From: an uncultured virus (IMG/VR IMGVR_UViG_3300021958_000031)
Lineage: Duplodnaviria > Heunggongvirae > Uroviricota > Caudoviricetes
Reading direction: 5' to 3' (one strand)
Length of the DNA stretch: 64,000 nucleotides
Virus record (IMG/VR): IMGVR_UViG_3300021958_000031
Below are positions 1-10,187 of this stretch, piece by piece. The notes below the pieces were generated by a model. That model was not told the origin of the DNA. It saw only the letters and a list, made by a program, of their open reading frames with translations, and searched no databases. The position numbers and the translations under genes are program-made. Numbering within the stretch: position 1 is the first letter of the stretch; each line of letters starts with the position of its first letter.

Positions 1-2901
1 CCCAGTAAAACCAGAACCAGTGGCACCTATATTTCCTTCATCACCTTGCGGCCCTTGAATACCAGTGGCCCCAGTAAAACCAGAACCAGTTGCACCTATA
101 TCTCCAGCAGAACCTTGCGGCCCTTGAACACCAGTGGCTCCTATATTTCCTTCATCACCTTGTGGTCCTTGAATACCAGTGGCTCCAGTAAACCCGGTTG
201 CACCTATATTTCCTTCATCACCTTGCGGCCCTTGAATACCAGTGGCACCTATATTTCCTTCATCACCTTGTGGACCTTGAACACCAGTGGCCCCAGTAAA
301 ACCAGAACCAGTTGCACCTATATCCCCAGCAGAACCTTGTGGCCCTTGAATACCAGTGGCACCTATATTTCCTTCATCACCTTGTGGACCTTGAATACCA
401 GTAGCACCTGCACCAGTAGCTCCAACCGGTCCTTGAACACCAGTTGCTCCAATATCACCATTACCTACTAGCTTTGTTAAATTAAAACCAATATTAATAG
501 GCGTTAACGTACTAGTACCAGAATCTATTTTAAATCTAAGATCTATAACATCGCCGCCATTAAGATCAACTAAATCAGTAATACTAAATGATCCGTTTGA
601 ATTATTGGAATAACTTCTGCTAGTTTCAGTAGCTGAATCTATTATACCATTTATAAATACAGCTGATGAAATAAGACCTGCTTGTGCAATATCTAAATTA
701 TACACAGCACTTATTTGGTATACGCCAGCTTCGGCAGCATCAATAACTAATGTATTACCTTGTTGACCTCCACCAGATGCAACGCTAGTCATCTGATTTA
801 ATTCACCTGCTGTACCTAACCAACCTTGGTATGTAGTGCTTAATGCTAAAGTAGGAACCCCACCGACTTGAGTTAATTCACCGTATGCTACAGATCCGGC
901 AATAGCCCCAGCAGGCCCAGTAGCACCAGTAGGTCCTTGAGGACCTTGAATACCAGTGGCTCCTATACTACCACCTGGTCCTTGAATACCAGTTGCACCT
1001 ATATCTCCTTGCGGTCCTTGAACACCAGTTGCTCCTATATTTCCTTCATCACCTTGTGGTCCTTGAATACCAGTGGCTCCAGTATTTCCTGTACCTGCTG
1101 GTCCTTGAATACCAGTGGCTCCAGTATTTCCTGTACCTGCTGGCCCTTGAACACCAGTGGCTCCAGTATTTCCTGTACCTGCTGGTCCTTGAATACCAGT
1201 GGCTCCAGTATTTCCTGTACCTGCTGGTCCTTGAATACCAGTGGCTCCAGTATTTCCTGTACCTGCTGGCCCTTGAACACCAGTGGCTCCAGTATTTCCT
1301 GTACCTGCTGGTCCTTGAATACCAGTGGCCCCAGTAAAACCAGAACCAGTTGCACCTATATCTCCAGTGGCACCCACTGGGCCTTGAACACCAGTGGCGC
1401 CAGTATCTCCCTGTGGCCCAACATTACCAGTAACAACGAATGATACAAGAACATCTTCGTCCATTGTAAATGGTGCATTTTCAGTTGAAGCAACAGGAAC
1501 AACATCTAAGTCCCACCACCCTGTATTATCATTAAGATCTGTTATCTGAAAAAGTATAAACTCATTAGAGTCTGCCTTTGAAGATATTCTAACATGCCCT
1601 TTAGGAAGACCTGTAGAAGATTGTATTGTAGTTAAAAAATCAGATATATCAATTCCGCTAACACCAAAGTCATTAATTGACATAATAGTCGCCTGATTCT
1701 GGACTGCATCATCTAAAGAAACATAACTAAAACCTGGATCAGCAACATTAGTAGTTGTATTAAATTCATAATCAAATGTAGCACCACCAAAAGTACCATC
1801 TGCACCTGTAGCCCCAATATCTCCACTTGCACCAGTTGCACCAGTTGCACCAGAACCTGTAGCTCCTATTTCACCTTGTATTCCTTGTATACCTACAGGT
1901 CCTTGTGGTCCTTGTAGACCAGTGGCACCAAGGCCAGTGGCACCAGTAATACCAGTTGCTCCTATATTACCTTGTGGTCCTTGAATACCAGTTGCACCAG
2001 TTGCACCAGTTGCACCAGAACCTGTTGCTCCTATTTCACCTTGTGGTCCTTGGATTCCTGTTGCACCAGTCTGCCCAATCAAACCAGCAGACGCTGCATC
2101 TACATTAATCCAATTATTACCATCCCATTGTAAAAAATCTGATACCGTAGGGCTTGGTGCATTTACATTTGACAGCATTGTTATTGTAGCTGCATTATTA
2201 TTAAGAGTTTCTAACCTAATATTTGCTGAATTAAGATTATAAGAAACTGTTTTGGTTAAAGCATTATATTGTGTAGTTAAAGAATCACCTGAAGTAGTAT
2301 CAGAGTTAGTGGCAATTAAACCTCTAAAATCCAATATAGTACCGGTCATACCATCAAATATGTTGATTGCATTAGCATCTGTACTAACATTGGCACCTTG
2401 GTTTATTTCACCACCTGCTGATGTGTTAATTAATTTAACTGCCTTAACTGTATTGTCATATTGTAATTGTACACCTGGTCCTGCTATTAATCTAAAGGTA
2501 TCATTAGCAATAGTAGATGATAAAGTAAAATCATTACCTGCTTGTAAGTTAGGTGTTACTCCAGTATAGTTTACAATTATTTTACCATAACCAAATGAAG
2601 CTCCTAATGTTAAATCACCTGTTCCAATCCCACCAATAAGATCCCATTCACTAGTATCAAAAATGCCTTGTGTAGTTCTTTTGTTTGCTCTCCACCATGC
2701 AAGAGCCTCAGACTCAATACTGGTTCCACCAGTTACATCAGTTACTTCTACTGGATGGTATACAACATGACCTTCTTCATAAGTTCTGTTATCTACCCAC
2801 GGATTAGCTACTGCTTTAAAGTTTTCATCTACTTCACCGTTTAGAAGTTCTCTTTTAACTTCATTTCTATAGATGATATATTCTTTCAGATTGAATGCCA
2901 T
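1..2901 (-). CDS. Collagen-like tail/virion fibre protein, 3' end outside window
   Basis: Missing from the ORF track because no stop falls in the window. ATG at 2901 ([31 protein letters not shown]...) opens a frame to position 1 with long G-X-Y runs ([19 protein letters not shown]) separated by globular domains. Confidence 0.85.
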   Translation of the reverse strand, partial: MAFNLKEYIIYRNEVKRELLNGEVDENFKAVANPWVDNRTYEEGHVVYHPVEVTDVTGGTSIESEALAWWRANKRTTQGIFDTSEWDLIGGIGTGDLTLGASFGYGKIIVNYTGVTPNLQAGNDFTLSSTIANDTFRLIAGPGVQLQYDNTVKAVKLINTSAGGEINQGANVSTDANAINIFDGMTGTILDFRGLIATNSDTTSGDSLTTQYNALTKTVSYNLNSANIRLETLNNNAATITMLSNVNAPSPTVSDFLQWDGNNWINVDAASAGLIGQTGATGIQGPQGEIGATGSGATGATGATGIQGPQGNIGATGITGATGLGATGLQGPQGPVGIQGIQGEIGATGSGATGATGASGDIGATGADGTFGGATFDYEFNTTTNVADPGFSYVSLDDAVQNQATIMSINDFGVSGIDISDFLTTIQSSTGLPKGHVRISSKADSNEFILFQITDLNDNTGWWDLDVVPVASTENAPFTMDEDVLVSFVVTGNVGPQGDTGATGVQGPVGATGDIGATGSGFTGATGIQGPAGTGNTGATGVQGPAGTGNTGATGIQGPAGTGNTGATGIQGPAGTGNTGATGVQGPAGTGNTGATGIQGPAGTGNTGATGIQGPQGDEGNIGATGVQGPQGDIGATGIQGPGGSIGATGIQGPQGPTGATGPAGAIAGSVAYGELTQVGGVPTLALSTTYQGWLGTAGELNQMTSVASGGGQQGNTLVIDAAEAGVYQISAVYNLDIAQAGLISSAVFINGIIDSATETSRSYSNNSNGSFSITDLVDLNGGDVIDLRFKIDSGTSTLTPINIGFNLTKLVGNGDIGATGVQGPVGATGAGATGIQGPQGDEGNIGATGIQGPQGSAGDIGATGSGFTGATGVQGPQGDEGNIGATGIQGPQGDEGNIGATGFTGATGIQGPQGDEGNIGATGVQGPQGSAGDIGATGSGFTGATGIQGPQGDEGNIGATGSGFTG
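1058..1309. repeat. Six tandem copies of a 42-bp unit (AGTGNTGATG(I/V)QGP on minus strand)
   Basis: ggtccttgaataccagtggctccagtatttcctgtacctgct, or a 2-nt variant, starts at 1058, 1100, 1142, 1184, 1226 and 1268. Confidence 0.95.
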
Positions 2902-2921
2902 TTAATCTTATCTTTTTTTAT

Positions 2922-3503
2922 TTATTCAGGTGGTTCATTAATAATAGTAGCATCATCATAAGGAAATTTATCTTCATTATTTCTTGATGTAAGTACCCCT
3001 CTAAGCTGATGTAAATACCAAGTACCTTGTGACCACCCAGGCTGTGCATAACACGGAGAATATATCCCTGTGGTATATATTCTATAAAGCTCATTCCAGT
3101 ATTTTCGGTAATCCTCAACTGCTCTGTTAATAAAAGCAATCTGCCTATTGGTAAATACAGACCTTTGCGAATTCCTCTGTATGTCAAAAGATGATCCACT
3201 AGTAAGTTTAAATTTATCAGTTAAATCTTCAGCTCTATATTCAGTTATAAAATCATAAAGATCACTTGCGCCTAAAAATAATTCAATAGATACCAAGTCG
3301 CCAACTAAACAATTGTCAAAAGGTACATAATTACTTTGATAGAATAATTCCATTTCAGCAATACTAGAAAAATCTGTGAATTCAGTTTTAGCACTAGCCT
3401 GATCATAAAATCCTATACGGATTTTTGATACTTCAATTTTATACTTTTTTAGATAAACAAAAAAGTCTAATGATAATTTAAATGTTAATGCTTCAATGAC
3501 CAA
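2922..3503 (-). CDS. Hypothetical protein, probably late/structural
   Basis: 193-aa ORF directly upstream of the fibre gene, preceded by an AATATATA motif. Confidence 0.7.
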   Translation of the reverse strand: MVIEALTFKLSLDFFVYLKKYKIEVSKIRIGFYDQASAKTEFTDFSSIAEMELFYQSNYVPFDNCLVGDLVSIELFLGASDLYDFITEYRAEDLTDKFKLTSGSSFDIQRNSQRSVFTNRQIAFINRAVEDYRKYWNELYRIYTTGIYSPCYAQPGWSQGTWYLHQLRGVLTSRNNEDKFPYDDATIINEPPE

Positions 3504-3529
3504 GAGGCTATACTATTTTTTGTATATAT

Positions 3530-4003
3530 TCAGCTCTTTATTGTGTGGTAGTCATTTACTAGGTTAGAAATTTTACCGTGCGTAACATTACATTGATTAA
3601 AAATTTCAAGATGAGCAGTATCCCTATAATCTTGAATCCAATAAACATGCCTAAATCCTGCATTGACTAAAATCTTAGTACACATTTTACACGGTGACAG
3701 TGTTAAGAGTATTATGTAATTTTGTGGATCGTATTCTTGAAACTTGGCAATCATATTTACCTCAGCATGAATAAACCCACTTTCACCTGGTGTTAATGAA
3801 TCTTCCTCTGTTCCGGTTTCTTTATTAGTTTCAGCACCACTATATGATCCATTATAACCAAAGCTTGCTATTTTACTAAAGTCTTTCTTTAATGCCATGC
3901 AACCAACTTTAGTTGTAGAAGAATTAGAAAGATCTCTAATGCTAAGTAAAATATTTTCAAAGGCGTTTACCTTTAGCTGAAGTCGTCGAAGTTTGGAATC
4001 CAT
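3530..4003 (-). CDS. dCMP deaminase family protein
   Basis: GYNG, HAEVN and SPCKMC zinc-deaminase motifs. Confidence 0.9.
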   Translation of the reverse strand: MDSKLRRLQLKVNAFENILLSIRDLSNSSTTKVGCMALKKDFSKIASFGYNGSYSGAETNKETGTEEDSLTPGESGFIHAEVNMIAKFQEYDPQNYIILLTLSPCKMCTKILVNAGFRHVYWIQDYRDTAHLEIFNQCNVTHGKISNLVNDYHTIKS

Positions 4004-4560
4004 TTTTGTTTAATTAATGTAGCTTTCATTTTTACTTCTGGTAATTCTTTATTTAGGCTATTTGCAATTTTAATATTTTCTCTATCATCATCAAAGAATT
4101 GAAAGTTTCTAAATCCCATTTGAACAAATTTCATAAAGGCTTCCTTTTTCTTTTGGGCAGTAGAGCCAGTAAATCCTAGAGAAGGGTCATTAATAGCAAA
4201 TATGTAATCAGGGTTTATCTTTACTCCGTTATGTGAGAGAAAATCGTGGATAAGTTTTGCATCATCTCTTGCAGTAATGATTCCTACAGCTTTACCTTTT
4301 GCTATAGTTCTTTTTAAGATGTTAAAAACCCACTCAATAATTTTACCGCCTTTAAGAATTTCTAAATTTCTAAAATCAGAAAAATCAAATTTGTCATGAG
4401 GTTTAGTTTTAAAGGTATTGAATTCTTGTGGTGTAAGTTCGATCTCGTAACCTGTTTTTGGATTGAAAACTTTAATCTTACTTTTGGTAACAACTAAAGT
4501 ATCATCCACATCAAAAACGGTTATATCTGTTCCTTTGCTATATACTTCAAATAGTTCCAT
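3973..4560 (-). CDS. HAD-superfamily phosphatase
   Basis: FDVDDTL motif I, ITAR motif II and FFDDD motif IV. Start moved to the ATG at 4560, just after an AATATATA motif. Confidence 0.8.
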   Translation of the reverse strand: MELFEVYSKGTDITVFDVDDTLVVTKSKIKVFNPKTGYEIELTPQEFNTFKTKPHDKFDFSDFRNLEILKGGKIIEWVFNILKRTIAKGKAVGIITARDDAKLIHDFLSHNGVKINPDYIFAINDPSLGFTGSTAQKKKEAFMKFVQMGFRNFQFFDDDRENIKIANSLNKELPEVKMKATLIKQKWIPNFDDFS

Positions 4561-4619
4561 ACAATATATATTATTTAATTTCTTTTCTCTTACTACAGGT
4601 GAGATATGGAATGGATACA

Positions 4620-5942
4620 TTAACAATCCCTCCCATTCTCATATATGTGTTTTACTACAGGGAACCTTAATGAATATCCACCGTTCTGATTTTGGCTTTC
4701 TTCAAAATATTGAACAGTTACTGTTTTACCGATTAGTTCATTATGATTGTTGAGGTAGTGTTCTCTTTGTTCCTTTGAGAATCCAGATCCTACACTTACC
4801 TTATTACCTTTATGTTCAATAATGATATTACTTAGGCCTTCCTTTTCAATCTGCTTTCCGTTTTCCGTCCATCTCATGGTACCGTTAACACATTCCAATA
4901 CCGTGTATTCAGCATCATGGAATTTTTTAACCTTTAGAAGATTGTGACTTCTCTTACCTTCATACCCGGTATTCTTTCTAACCATGATTCCTTCAAATCC
5001 TGCCTCTTCAGCTTCTTTAGCCATTTCAGTAAACTGTTCTTCGGTAGTCAATTGAACTTGCGGTAAGAATTCCAACATATCTGAGTTGATATTTTCTGGA
5101 ATATGATCATATCCGTTGCGGAGTCTTTCGGTAAGCGGCGTAGTTCCAATCTTATCGTCAAATTCATTTAAGGTTAAGTAATCAAATACAAAGAATTTAG
5201 GATTTTCAATTTGGTGATTCTTCTTTCGGATTTGTTTCATAATTCCTTGGAAGTCTTCATTACCATCTTTATCCACCATACAGATTTCTCCATCTAATAT
5301 AAAGTCTCCACCTATCTTAGAAATCTCATCGGCAAGTTTACCTAGAGTTTCAAATTCTTTACCGTTCCTTGAGAAGAAGGTAACCGTGTTCATTTCTTTA
5401 CGGCAGATACAACGGACACCATCCAATTTTCTAGAACCGTACCATTCTCCGCTTTGAAAATCCACTCTCTTAGGGTTGTATGCATTTGCCAAAGCCACCT
5501 TAAAGGTAGGAATAAGATCTGGATGGATTGCCTTATTGATAGAGGTAGTACCACATCCCATATTTAAATCTCGGTTAAGAATTGAATAAATGATGGTCTC
5601 CCATTGTGGCCATTCTTTAACAAAGCGATTTACATTAGCAATTGCAGAGTGACCGGTACAGACCCTATTTCTAAGATCATCCAATAAGGTAAAGATACTA
5701 CCGTAAGTATTAGGATGGCCTACAAGATCTGAATTCTTTTTACAATTCTTTGGAGTAACATTGTATTTGTAATAAGGATTGTAAGTATAGAAGAAAACCT
5801 TTTGAAGAAATTCTCTATCCTCATTCTCCTCAGAATTATCTGCATACTTTTTAAGGGTTGCAATTTTATGATTTCCTGAAGAGGAAGATCGCATTTCATC
5901 CAAAAAGGATTGTAGATAAGTAATGTTTGTGTATTCAGTCAT
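4620..5942 (-). CDS. ATP-dependent DNA ligase
   Basis: KLDGVR adenylation motif, plus LDGE, EGIMVR, LLKVK and SLRFP motifs. Confidence 0.95.
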   Translation of the reverse strand: MTEYTNITYLQSFLDEMRSSSSGNHKIATLKKYADNSEENEDREFLQKVFFYTYNPYYKYNVTPKNCKKNSDLVGHPNTYGSIFTLLDDLRNRVCTGHSAIANVNRFVKEWPQWETIIYSILNRDLNMGCGTTSINKAIHPDLIPTFKVALANAYNPKRVDFQSGEWYGSRKLDGVRCICRKEMNTVTFFSRNGKEFETLGKLADEISKIGGDFILDGEICMVDKDGNEDFQGIMKQIRKKNHQIENPKFFVFDYLTLNEFDDKIGTTPLTERLRNGYDHIPENINSDMLEFLPQVQLTTEEQFTEMAKEAEEAGFEGIMVRKNTGYEGKRSHNLLKVKKFHDAEYTVLECVNGTMRWTENGKQIEKEGLSNIIIEHKGNKVSVGSGFSKEQREHYLNNHNELIGKTVTVQYFEESQNQNGGYSLRFPVVKHIYENGRDC

Positions 5943-5943
5943 A

Positions 5944-6034
5944 TTCCGTTTATTTAATTATATTATAAATATAATAAAAAAAATTGGGAATTGAAAATTT
6001 TTCTAGGACTTTTTTCACTAAAGTTATTAACAAT
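5944..6034 (-). promoter_or_regulatory. Extended early-type promoter repeat, copy 1 (upstream of ligase)
   Basis: Minus strand reads TTGTTAATAACTTT...TTTTCAATTCCCAA...TATATTTATAATATAA. Positions 5984-6034 are identical to 21774-21824. Confidence 0.8.
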
Positions 6035-6278
6035 CTTTTAGCTGATCTTGAATCTCTTTAAGTTTAGCACACTTTTCAAAGTCTTCCTTTTCTTCAAAAT
6101 GCTCAATGATTTTATCCAAGCTACTTATTCTTTGCTGGGCTGTCTCTGTATCATATTGTAATACTTGGCTAGGAAACATTACAATTACATTATAGCATAA
6201 ATTCATATACTTATCCCAGCTTTGGTTTTCTAACTGGTCTAATAATGATTTCATAAATTTTTCATCGTCATTAATCAT
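6027..6278 (-). CDS. Small protein with C-terminal UVR (UvrB/C) coiled-coil motif
   Basis: FEEKEDFEKCAKLKE matches the UVR motif. Confidence 0.7.
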   Translation of the reverse strand: MINDDEKFMKSLLDQLENQSWDKYMNLCYNVIVMFPSQVLQYDTETAQQRISSLDKIIEHFEEKEDFEKCAKLKEIQDQLKDC

Positions 6279-7077
6279 TTTCTATATCTTTCATTTTTCT
6301 TATAAGAATTTCCTGCTCCTCGGTTAATTCATTAGGTAAATTAACCAATATGTTTATAAAGAGATCCCCAAGTAAATTAGGATTATTATATGAAGGAAAC
6401 CCTTTACCTTTTATTCTTAACATAGTTCCATTTTTTACACACTTAGGAATTGTATAAGATATTGTTTTATTAAAAACTTTAACCTCGTGTTTACTACCTA
6501 ATAAAGCATCATATAAATCTATGTGTGTTATTGTATGTAAACCTTTATCATCTAAATAAAAATTAGGATCTTCTTGTATAAGAACTGTTAAAATAAGATC
6601 ACCATCCTGGTCTCTTGTCATTCCTCTTTGCCCTAGACCCTTAAGTCTCATTCGTTGCCCAGGCTTTATTCCTGGTTTTATATCTACACTTATTGTTTTT
6701 GTTCCTAATCTTATTTGCTTATCACATCCATAATAAGCCTCCTCTAATGTAATATAAACCTTAGACGAAACATTTGAACCTCTTGTACTAAACCCATGAT
6801 GTCCATTAAAGCCACCACCAAATCCAGTATTTTTAACAAATTCTTGAAAAAAGTCTTCATTAAAATTACTAAAAGGATTAGTGCTTTGCCGGTCGTAAAT
6901 AGCTTTCTTTTTAGAATCACCTAAAGTTTCGTATGCATCTGCTATTTCTTTAAATCTCTCCTCATTTCCAGAAGATTTATCAGGATGATATTCTTTTGCT
7001 AATTTCCTATAAGCTTTTTTAATCTCACTCTCGGTAGAATTTTTATTTACACCTAATATTTTATAAGGGTCTTTCAT
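6271..7077 (-). CDS. dnaJ: DnaJ/CbpA-type co-chaperone lacking the zinc finger
   Basis: J-domain with HPD motif, G/F-rich region and DnaJ C-terminal domain. Confidence 0.92.
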   Translation of the reverse strand: MKDPYKILGVNKNSTESEIKKAYRKLAKEYHPDKSSGNEERFKEIADAYETLGDSKKKAIYDRQSTNPFSNFNEDFFQEFVKNTGFGGGFNGHHGFSTRGSNVSSKVYITLEEAYYGCDKQIRLGTKTISVDIKPGIKPGQRMRLKGLGQRGMTRDQDGDLILTVLIQEDPNFYLDDKGLHTITHIDLYDALLGSKHEVKVFNKTISYTIPKCVKNGTMLRIKGKGFPSYNNPNLLGDLFINILVNLPNELTEEQEILIRKMKDIEND

Positions 7078-7418
7078 TTCCAGAATAACTGTATACCAAT
7101 AAGACTACATGCAAGGGCTAATGATACTATTGTTTTTGTAGTAATACCTTCACCTAAAAGATACCAAGTTAAAAATGTAAATGAAATTATACCTGAGCCG
7201 AATGCTATAAATCTACCAGGCCATAAAAGACCATCATAATATTCTACAATAAACCTTGTTCCATATATTAATATGTAACTTATAGTGGTACCAAACAAAA
7301 TTGATATTGCTAAAGGGTTCTTTTTAAACCAAGGCCAAACAAACTGACCGTTAGTCTGTACCCATATCATTGTTTGCCCTAAAAAGAACAGACAAAATGC
7401 TGCTATTAATTTACTCAT
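7074..7418 (-). CDS. Small four-TM membrane protein
   Basis: Four hydrophobic segments in 114 aa. Confidence 0.7.
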   Translation of the reverse strand: MSKLIAAFCLFFLGQTMIWVQTNGQFVWPWFKKNPLAISILFGTTISYILIYGTRFIVEYYDGLLWPGRFIAFGSGIISFTFLTWYLLGEGITTKTIVSLALACSLIGIQLFWK

Positions 7419-7680
7419 CTATATAATATTTATATCCTTGTCTAAACATGAAGCTCATGTGACTTTCCATTTGCTTAGCAGTAATCCAAACCGAAGGCTC
7501 TGTAATTACTTTACCATCTTCTCTTTTGTCATACGCTTTATTAAGAAACCACTTCTCTCTTTTAGATTCCCACCAAAACCAAACCTTTTGCCATGATCTA
7601 GGTTTTTTCATATATACTCTATTACCTTTATCCATGTGAGCTATGAATTGCTTATAGGTAATGTCTTTATCCTTTTTCAT
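7411..7680 (-). CDS. Hypothetical protein
   Basis: 89-aa ORF overlapping both neighbours as in an operon. Confidence 0.65.
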   Translation of the reverse strand: MKKDKDITYKQFIAHMDKGNRVYMKKPRSWQKVWFWWESKREKWFLNKAYDKREDGKVITEPSVWITAKQMESHMSFMFRQGYKYYIDE

Positions 7681-7852
7681 TAATGTCTTTAATTTGAAGT
7701 TTCTTTATTTTTTCATCTAGGCGAAACTTCTTTTCTTCTATCTTATTTGATAGTTCCATTTGATCTGCAATTCTTTCAAGTACCTTTGTGAGTTTAGGGA
7801 TATCACTTTCATAATATTTACGGCCCATACTTGTTCTAAAAAATTCTGACAT
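7667..7852 (-). CDS. Hypothetical coiled-coil protein
   Basis: Likely start MSEFFRTSMG, downstream of the promoter motif at 7868-7896. Confidence 0.6.
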   Translation of the reverse strand: MSEFFRTSMGRKYYESDIPKLTKVLERIADQMELSNKIEEKKFRLDEKIKKLQIKDINEKG

Positions 7853-7867
7853 AATAAGTTGTTTATT

Positions 7868-7906
7868 TTTATATGTTAATTTATGAGTTAGTTTCATGAA
7901 TATATA
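7868..7906. promoter_or_regulatory. Back-to-back promoters: TGAAAC-17-TATAAA (minus) and AATATATA late-type (plus)
   Basis: Both motifs recur throughout the window; this is the divergence point between the minus operon and the plus-strand island. Confidence 0.6.
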
Positions 7907-7923
7907 ATCAAAATAACAACATT

Positions 7924-8421
7924 ATGAAAAAGGTACCTTTATTTGAAGATTTTATCCCAGTTGGGTTCGGTGGAAGTAATGCAGCTAACTTTGGATTAGG
8001 TGGCGGTTACAAAGAAACTGGTTACAATATGGATGCAATAGTTGGCCCGGTAGAACAATGTTCTAATCATGTAGCTGAACAAGCAAATAGCTATGAAAGT
8101 AATGATAACCCAGAACATACCGCGGAGTCATACATTAAAGAAGCAAAGAAACATATTAATGATAAGATAGATGAAGCATGTGAAAATTATTCAATGTCTG
8201 AATCTACTCTTAATGAAGGAACTGATATTAGTTCATGGAACCAAGCAGGAATTAAAGGTGATGCAAATGCACAGATAACTACCTTCGTTGGACCTAAGGA
8301 TATTGAAGATTTTGGATTAGGTAGAAAATGTATGCAAATAAACATTGGTAGAAATTATGTACAATTAAATCCTGCTGATATTGTAGAATTAAAGGAACTT
8401 CTTAAAAACTATAAAGTATAA
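7924..8421 (+). CDS. Putative internal head protein with capsid-targeting-like N-terminus
   Basis: MKKVPLFEDF start; internal SESTLNEG linker. Confidence 0.65.
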   Translation: MKKVPLFEDFIPVGFGGSNAANFGLGGGYKETGYNMDAIVGPVEQCSNHVAEQANSYESNDNPEHTAESYIKEAKKHINDKIDEACENYSMSESTLNEGTDISSWNQAGIKGDANAQITTFVGPKDIEDFGLGRKCMQINIGRNYVQLNPADIVELKELLKNYKV

Positions 8422-8422
8422 T

Positions 8423-8668
8423 ATGATACCTAAATTTAATAACTATTTAAATGAAGCATCTGATTACGAGTTTAAACCTAATGAGGCTGCTGCTAGATTA
8501 AAAGCTAGAGAAAAAGAAAATATCCAAAGATATAGAGCTGCTCAGGATAGAGGTGATAATTATGCAATTGCTTTATATGAATTAAAAATCAAAATGGATA
8601 AAATTGACCTTGAAGGTTTAAAGGTACAAACAGCAATCCACGACCTTAAAAATAAATTCGGTAAGTAA
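8423..8668 (+). CDS. Putative internal head protein
   Basis: MIPKFNNYLNE-A start. Confidence 0.65.
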   Translation: MIPKFNNYLNEASDYEFKPNEAAARLKAREKENIQRYRAAQDRGDNYAIALYELKIKMDKIDLEGLKVQTAIHDLKNKFGK

Positions 8669-8988
8669 TGATTGGTAAATTTAATGAATTCTTAACCGAG
8701 AAAAACTTTATGGTAGCAACTGCTGATACTGCTATTAATTACAAGCTATCTCATAGACCAGGATCAGGGCAGATTGTAGCAATGGCGTCTAGCGGAAAAG
8801 AATTAGATAAAGAAATAGAATCAGGATTTTCTAAAACCGAAATTGCAAAAGACATAGAAGACATGTTAAATAAGCAATTAAAAAAGTGGAGACAACAGAT
8901 TAGTGTAAAATCTGATTCTAGGTATGAAGGTGCAGGTTACGCATTTACGATTGAGATGGATGAATTGCTAAAAACACTAAATAGATAA
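8668..8988 (+). CDS. Putative internal head protein
   Basis: MIGKFNEFLTE start, resembling the T4 capsid-targeting sequence MKTYQEFIAE. Confidence 0.65.
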   Translation: MIGKFNEFLTEKNFMVATADTAINYKLSHRPGSGQIVAMASSGKELDKEIESGFSKTEIAKDIEDMLNKQLKKWRQQISVKSDSRYEGAGYAFTIEMDELLKTLNR

Positions 8989-9416
8989 TGGAAAATCAAG
9001 AAAGAGAAGATCTAAACAAAATCCGCCACTATAAAGGAACGGTAAAAGACTTTAAGAATTACTGGGATGAAATGGCAGGTACAGAAACCAATGCATTTGG
9101 CACACCAGAGTATCAAGGCTTTAATGATGTACACCCTACTCGCGGTGAAGGTGATAGTGAACATTGGAAAACATCTAATGTAACTGAAGGTAGAAAAACT
9201 ACTGATGGTTTAGGAGACGAAGGAATGGAGATATTCAGGGACTTAGATTTACAAATAGGTCTTGATGATCCTAAGTATACTATTCGCAGTTACAAAGATA
9301 TAGAACCTGCCATGAAAGCTCATAAGTTATTTAAAAAGTTAAATCCTAGAGAGGTAAGAATCTTAGGTAATGCATTAGGTAATCTAATGAGAATAGCAAT
9401 TAGAATGGAAAGGTAA
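8988..9416 (+). CDS. Hypothetical protein, putative head-associated
   Basis: Translationally coupled; internal VKDFKNYWDE and NVTEG motifs. Confidence 0.6.
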   Translation: MENQEREDLNKIRHYKGTVKDFKNYWDEMAGTETNAFGTPEYQGFNDVHPTRGEGDSEHWKTSNVTEGRKTTDGLGDEGMEIFRDLDLQIGLDDPKYTIRSYKDIEPAMKAHKLFKKLNPREVRILGNALGNLMRIAIRMER

Positions 9417-9417
9417 T

Positions 9418-9519
9418 ATGAAAGTAGATTTACCTCATTGGTGGCAATCAAAAGTTATCCTAGCCAAAGAATACCTAGTTAAAGCAAAGCATTATTTAAG
9501 AGCTGAATTAGAAAAGTAA
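9418..9519 (+). CDS. Small 33-aa ORF (MKVDLPHWWQSKVILAKEYLVKAKHYLRAELEK)
   Basis: Starts 1 nt after the previous stop and ends at the terminator; below the ORF-track cutoff. Confidence 0.5.
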   Translation: MKVDLPHWWQSKVILAKEYLVKAKHYLRAELEK

Positions 9520-9546
9520 AAAAAGGAACCTTAAGGTTCCTTTTTA
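9518..9546. terminator. Bidirectional intrinsic terminator
   Basis: Perfect palindrome AAAAAAGGAACCTTAAGGTTCCTTTTTT between convergent genes. Confidence 0.8.
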
Positions 9547-10187
9547 GTTTGTACATTTAATTTAGGAAATGGGATATTAGGTATTTCCTTACCAAGAAAC
9601 TTACAAACAGGTTCCCATTCTAATTTTCTTGATATATCTAATTCTAATAGGTTATTTTTAAATAGAGATTTAACCTTTTCGTTTCTTTGATGAAACCAAT
9701 CCACCCATAAAGATTTATTCTTTATCATCCCACTATAATCACTTTTAACAATTTGCGTGATGTTAGGAATATCTCCAAGAACCCAAACAAACTCTCGAGA
9801 ATAAAGAGTCCAAATGTCATAAGGGTTTAATAAACCTGCTTCTGTTTGTTTTTTATAAAATGAATATGCGCTATAGTGCCATTCATCAGCATCCCTGGTA
9901 GTTAATACATAGCCATATTCAGGAAATGATTTAGCTAATATGTCAATGAACGCACTAGTGTTCCACGGTGCGTCATCAAAAGTTGAATAATTCTTTATTA
10001 AAAAATCAATATTTTCTTTTCTCTTATCATAGTCGTTTTGTAGATCATGAACATACTCTATAGAATTACTCCTATTTAGGTAATTTCTGGTATTACCATC
10101 ATGATCCCCACCTAATAAAGCATTGCATGCATTTCCTACCGACGTGGTTGCCGTTTTCCACGTACCTATACAAAAAATCTTATTCAT
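9531..10187 (-). CDS. Sulfotransferase-family protein
   Basis: KIFCIGTWKTATTS PAPS-binding loop, LTTRD..W..S, and WEPVCKFLG...PFPKLN C-terminus. Confidence 0.8.
   Translation of the reverse strand: MNKIFCIGTWKTATTSVGNACNALLGGDHDGNTRNYLNRSNSIEYVHDLQNDYDKRKENIDFLIKNYSTFDDAPWNTSAFIDILAKSFPEYGYVLTTRDADEWHYSAYSFYKKQTEAGLLNPYDIWTLYSREFVWVLGDIPNITQIVKSDYSGMIKNKSLWVDWFHQRNEKVKSLFKNNLLELDISRKLEWEPVCKFLGKEIPNIPFPKLNVQTKKEP

Noticed and set aside
1058..1309. 42-bp repeats as a CRISPR array
   Set aside because: Units are directly adjacent with no unique spacers, are in frame in a coding gene, and no cas genes are present.
46..1443. Repetitive ORFs 46-471, 937-1443, 993-1337 (plus) and 1035-1355 (minus, other frame)
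   Set aside because: Shadow frames of the minus-strand collagen gene; their periodicity comes from the G-X-Y repeats.
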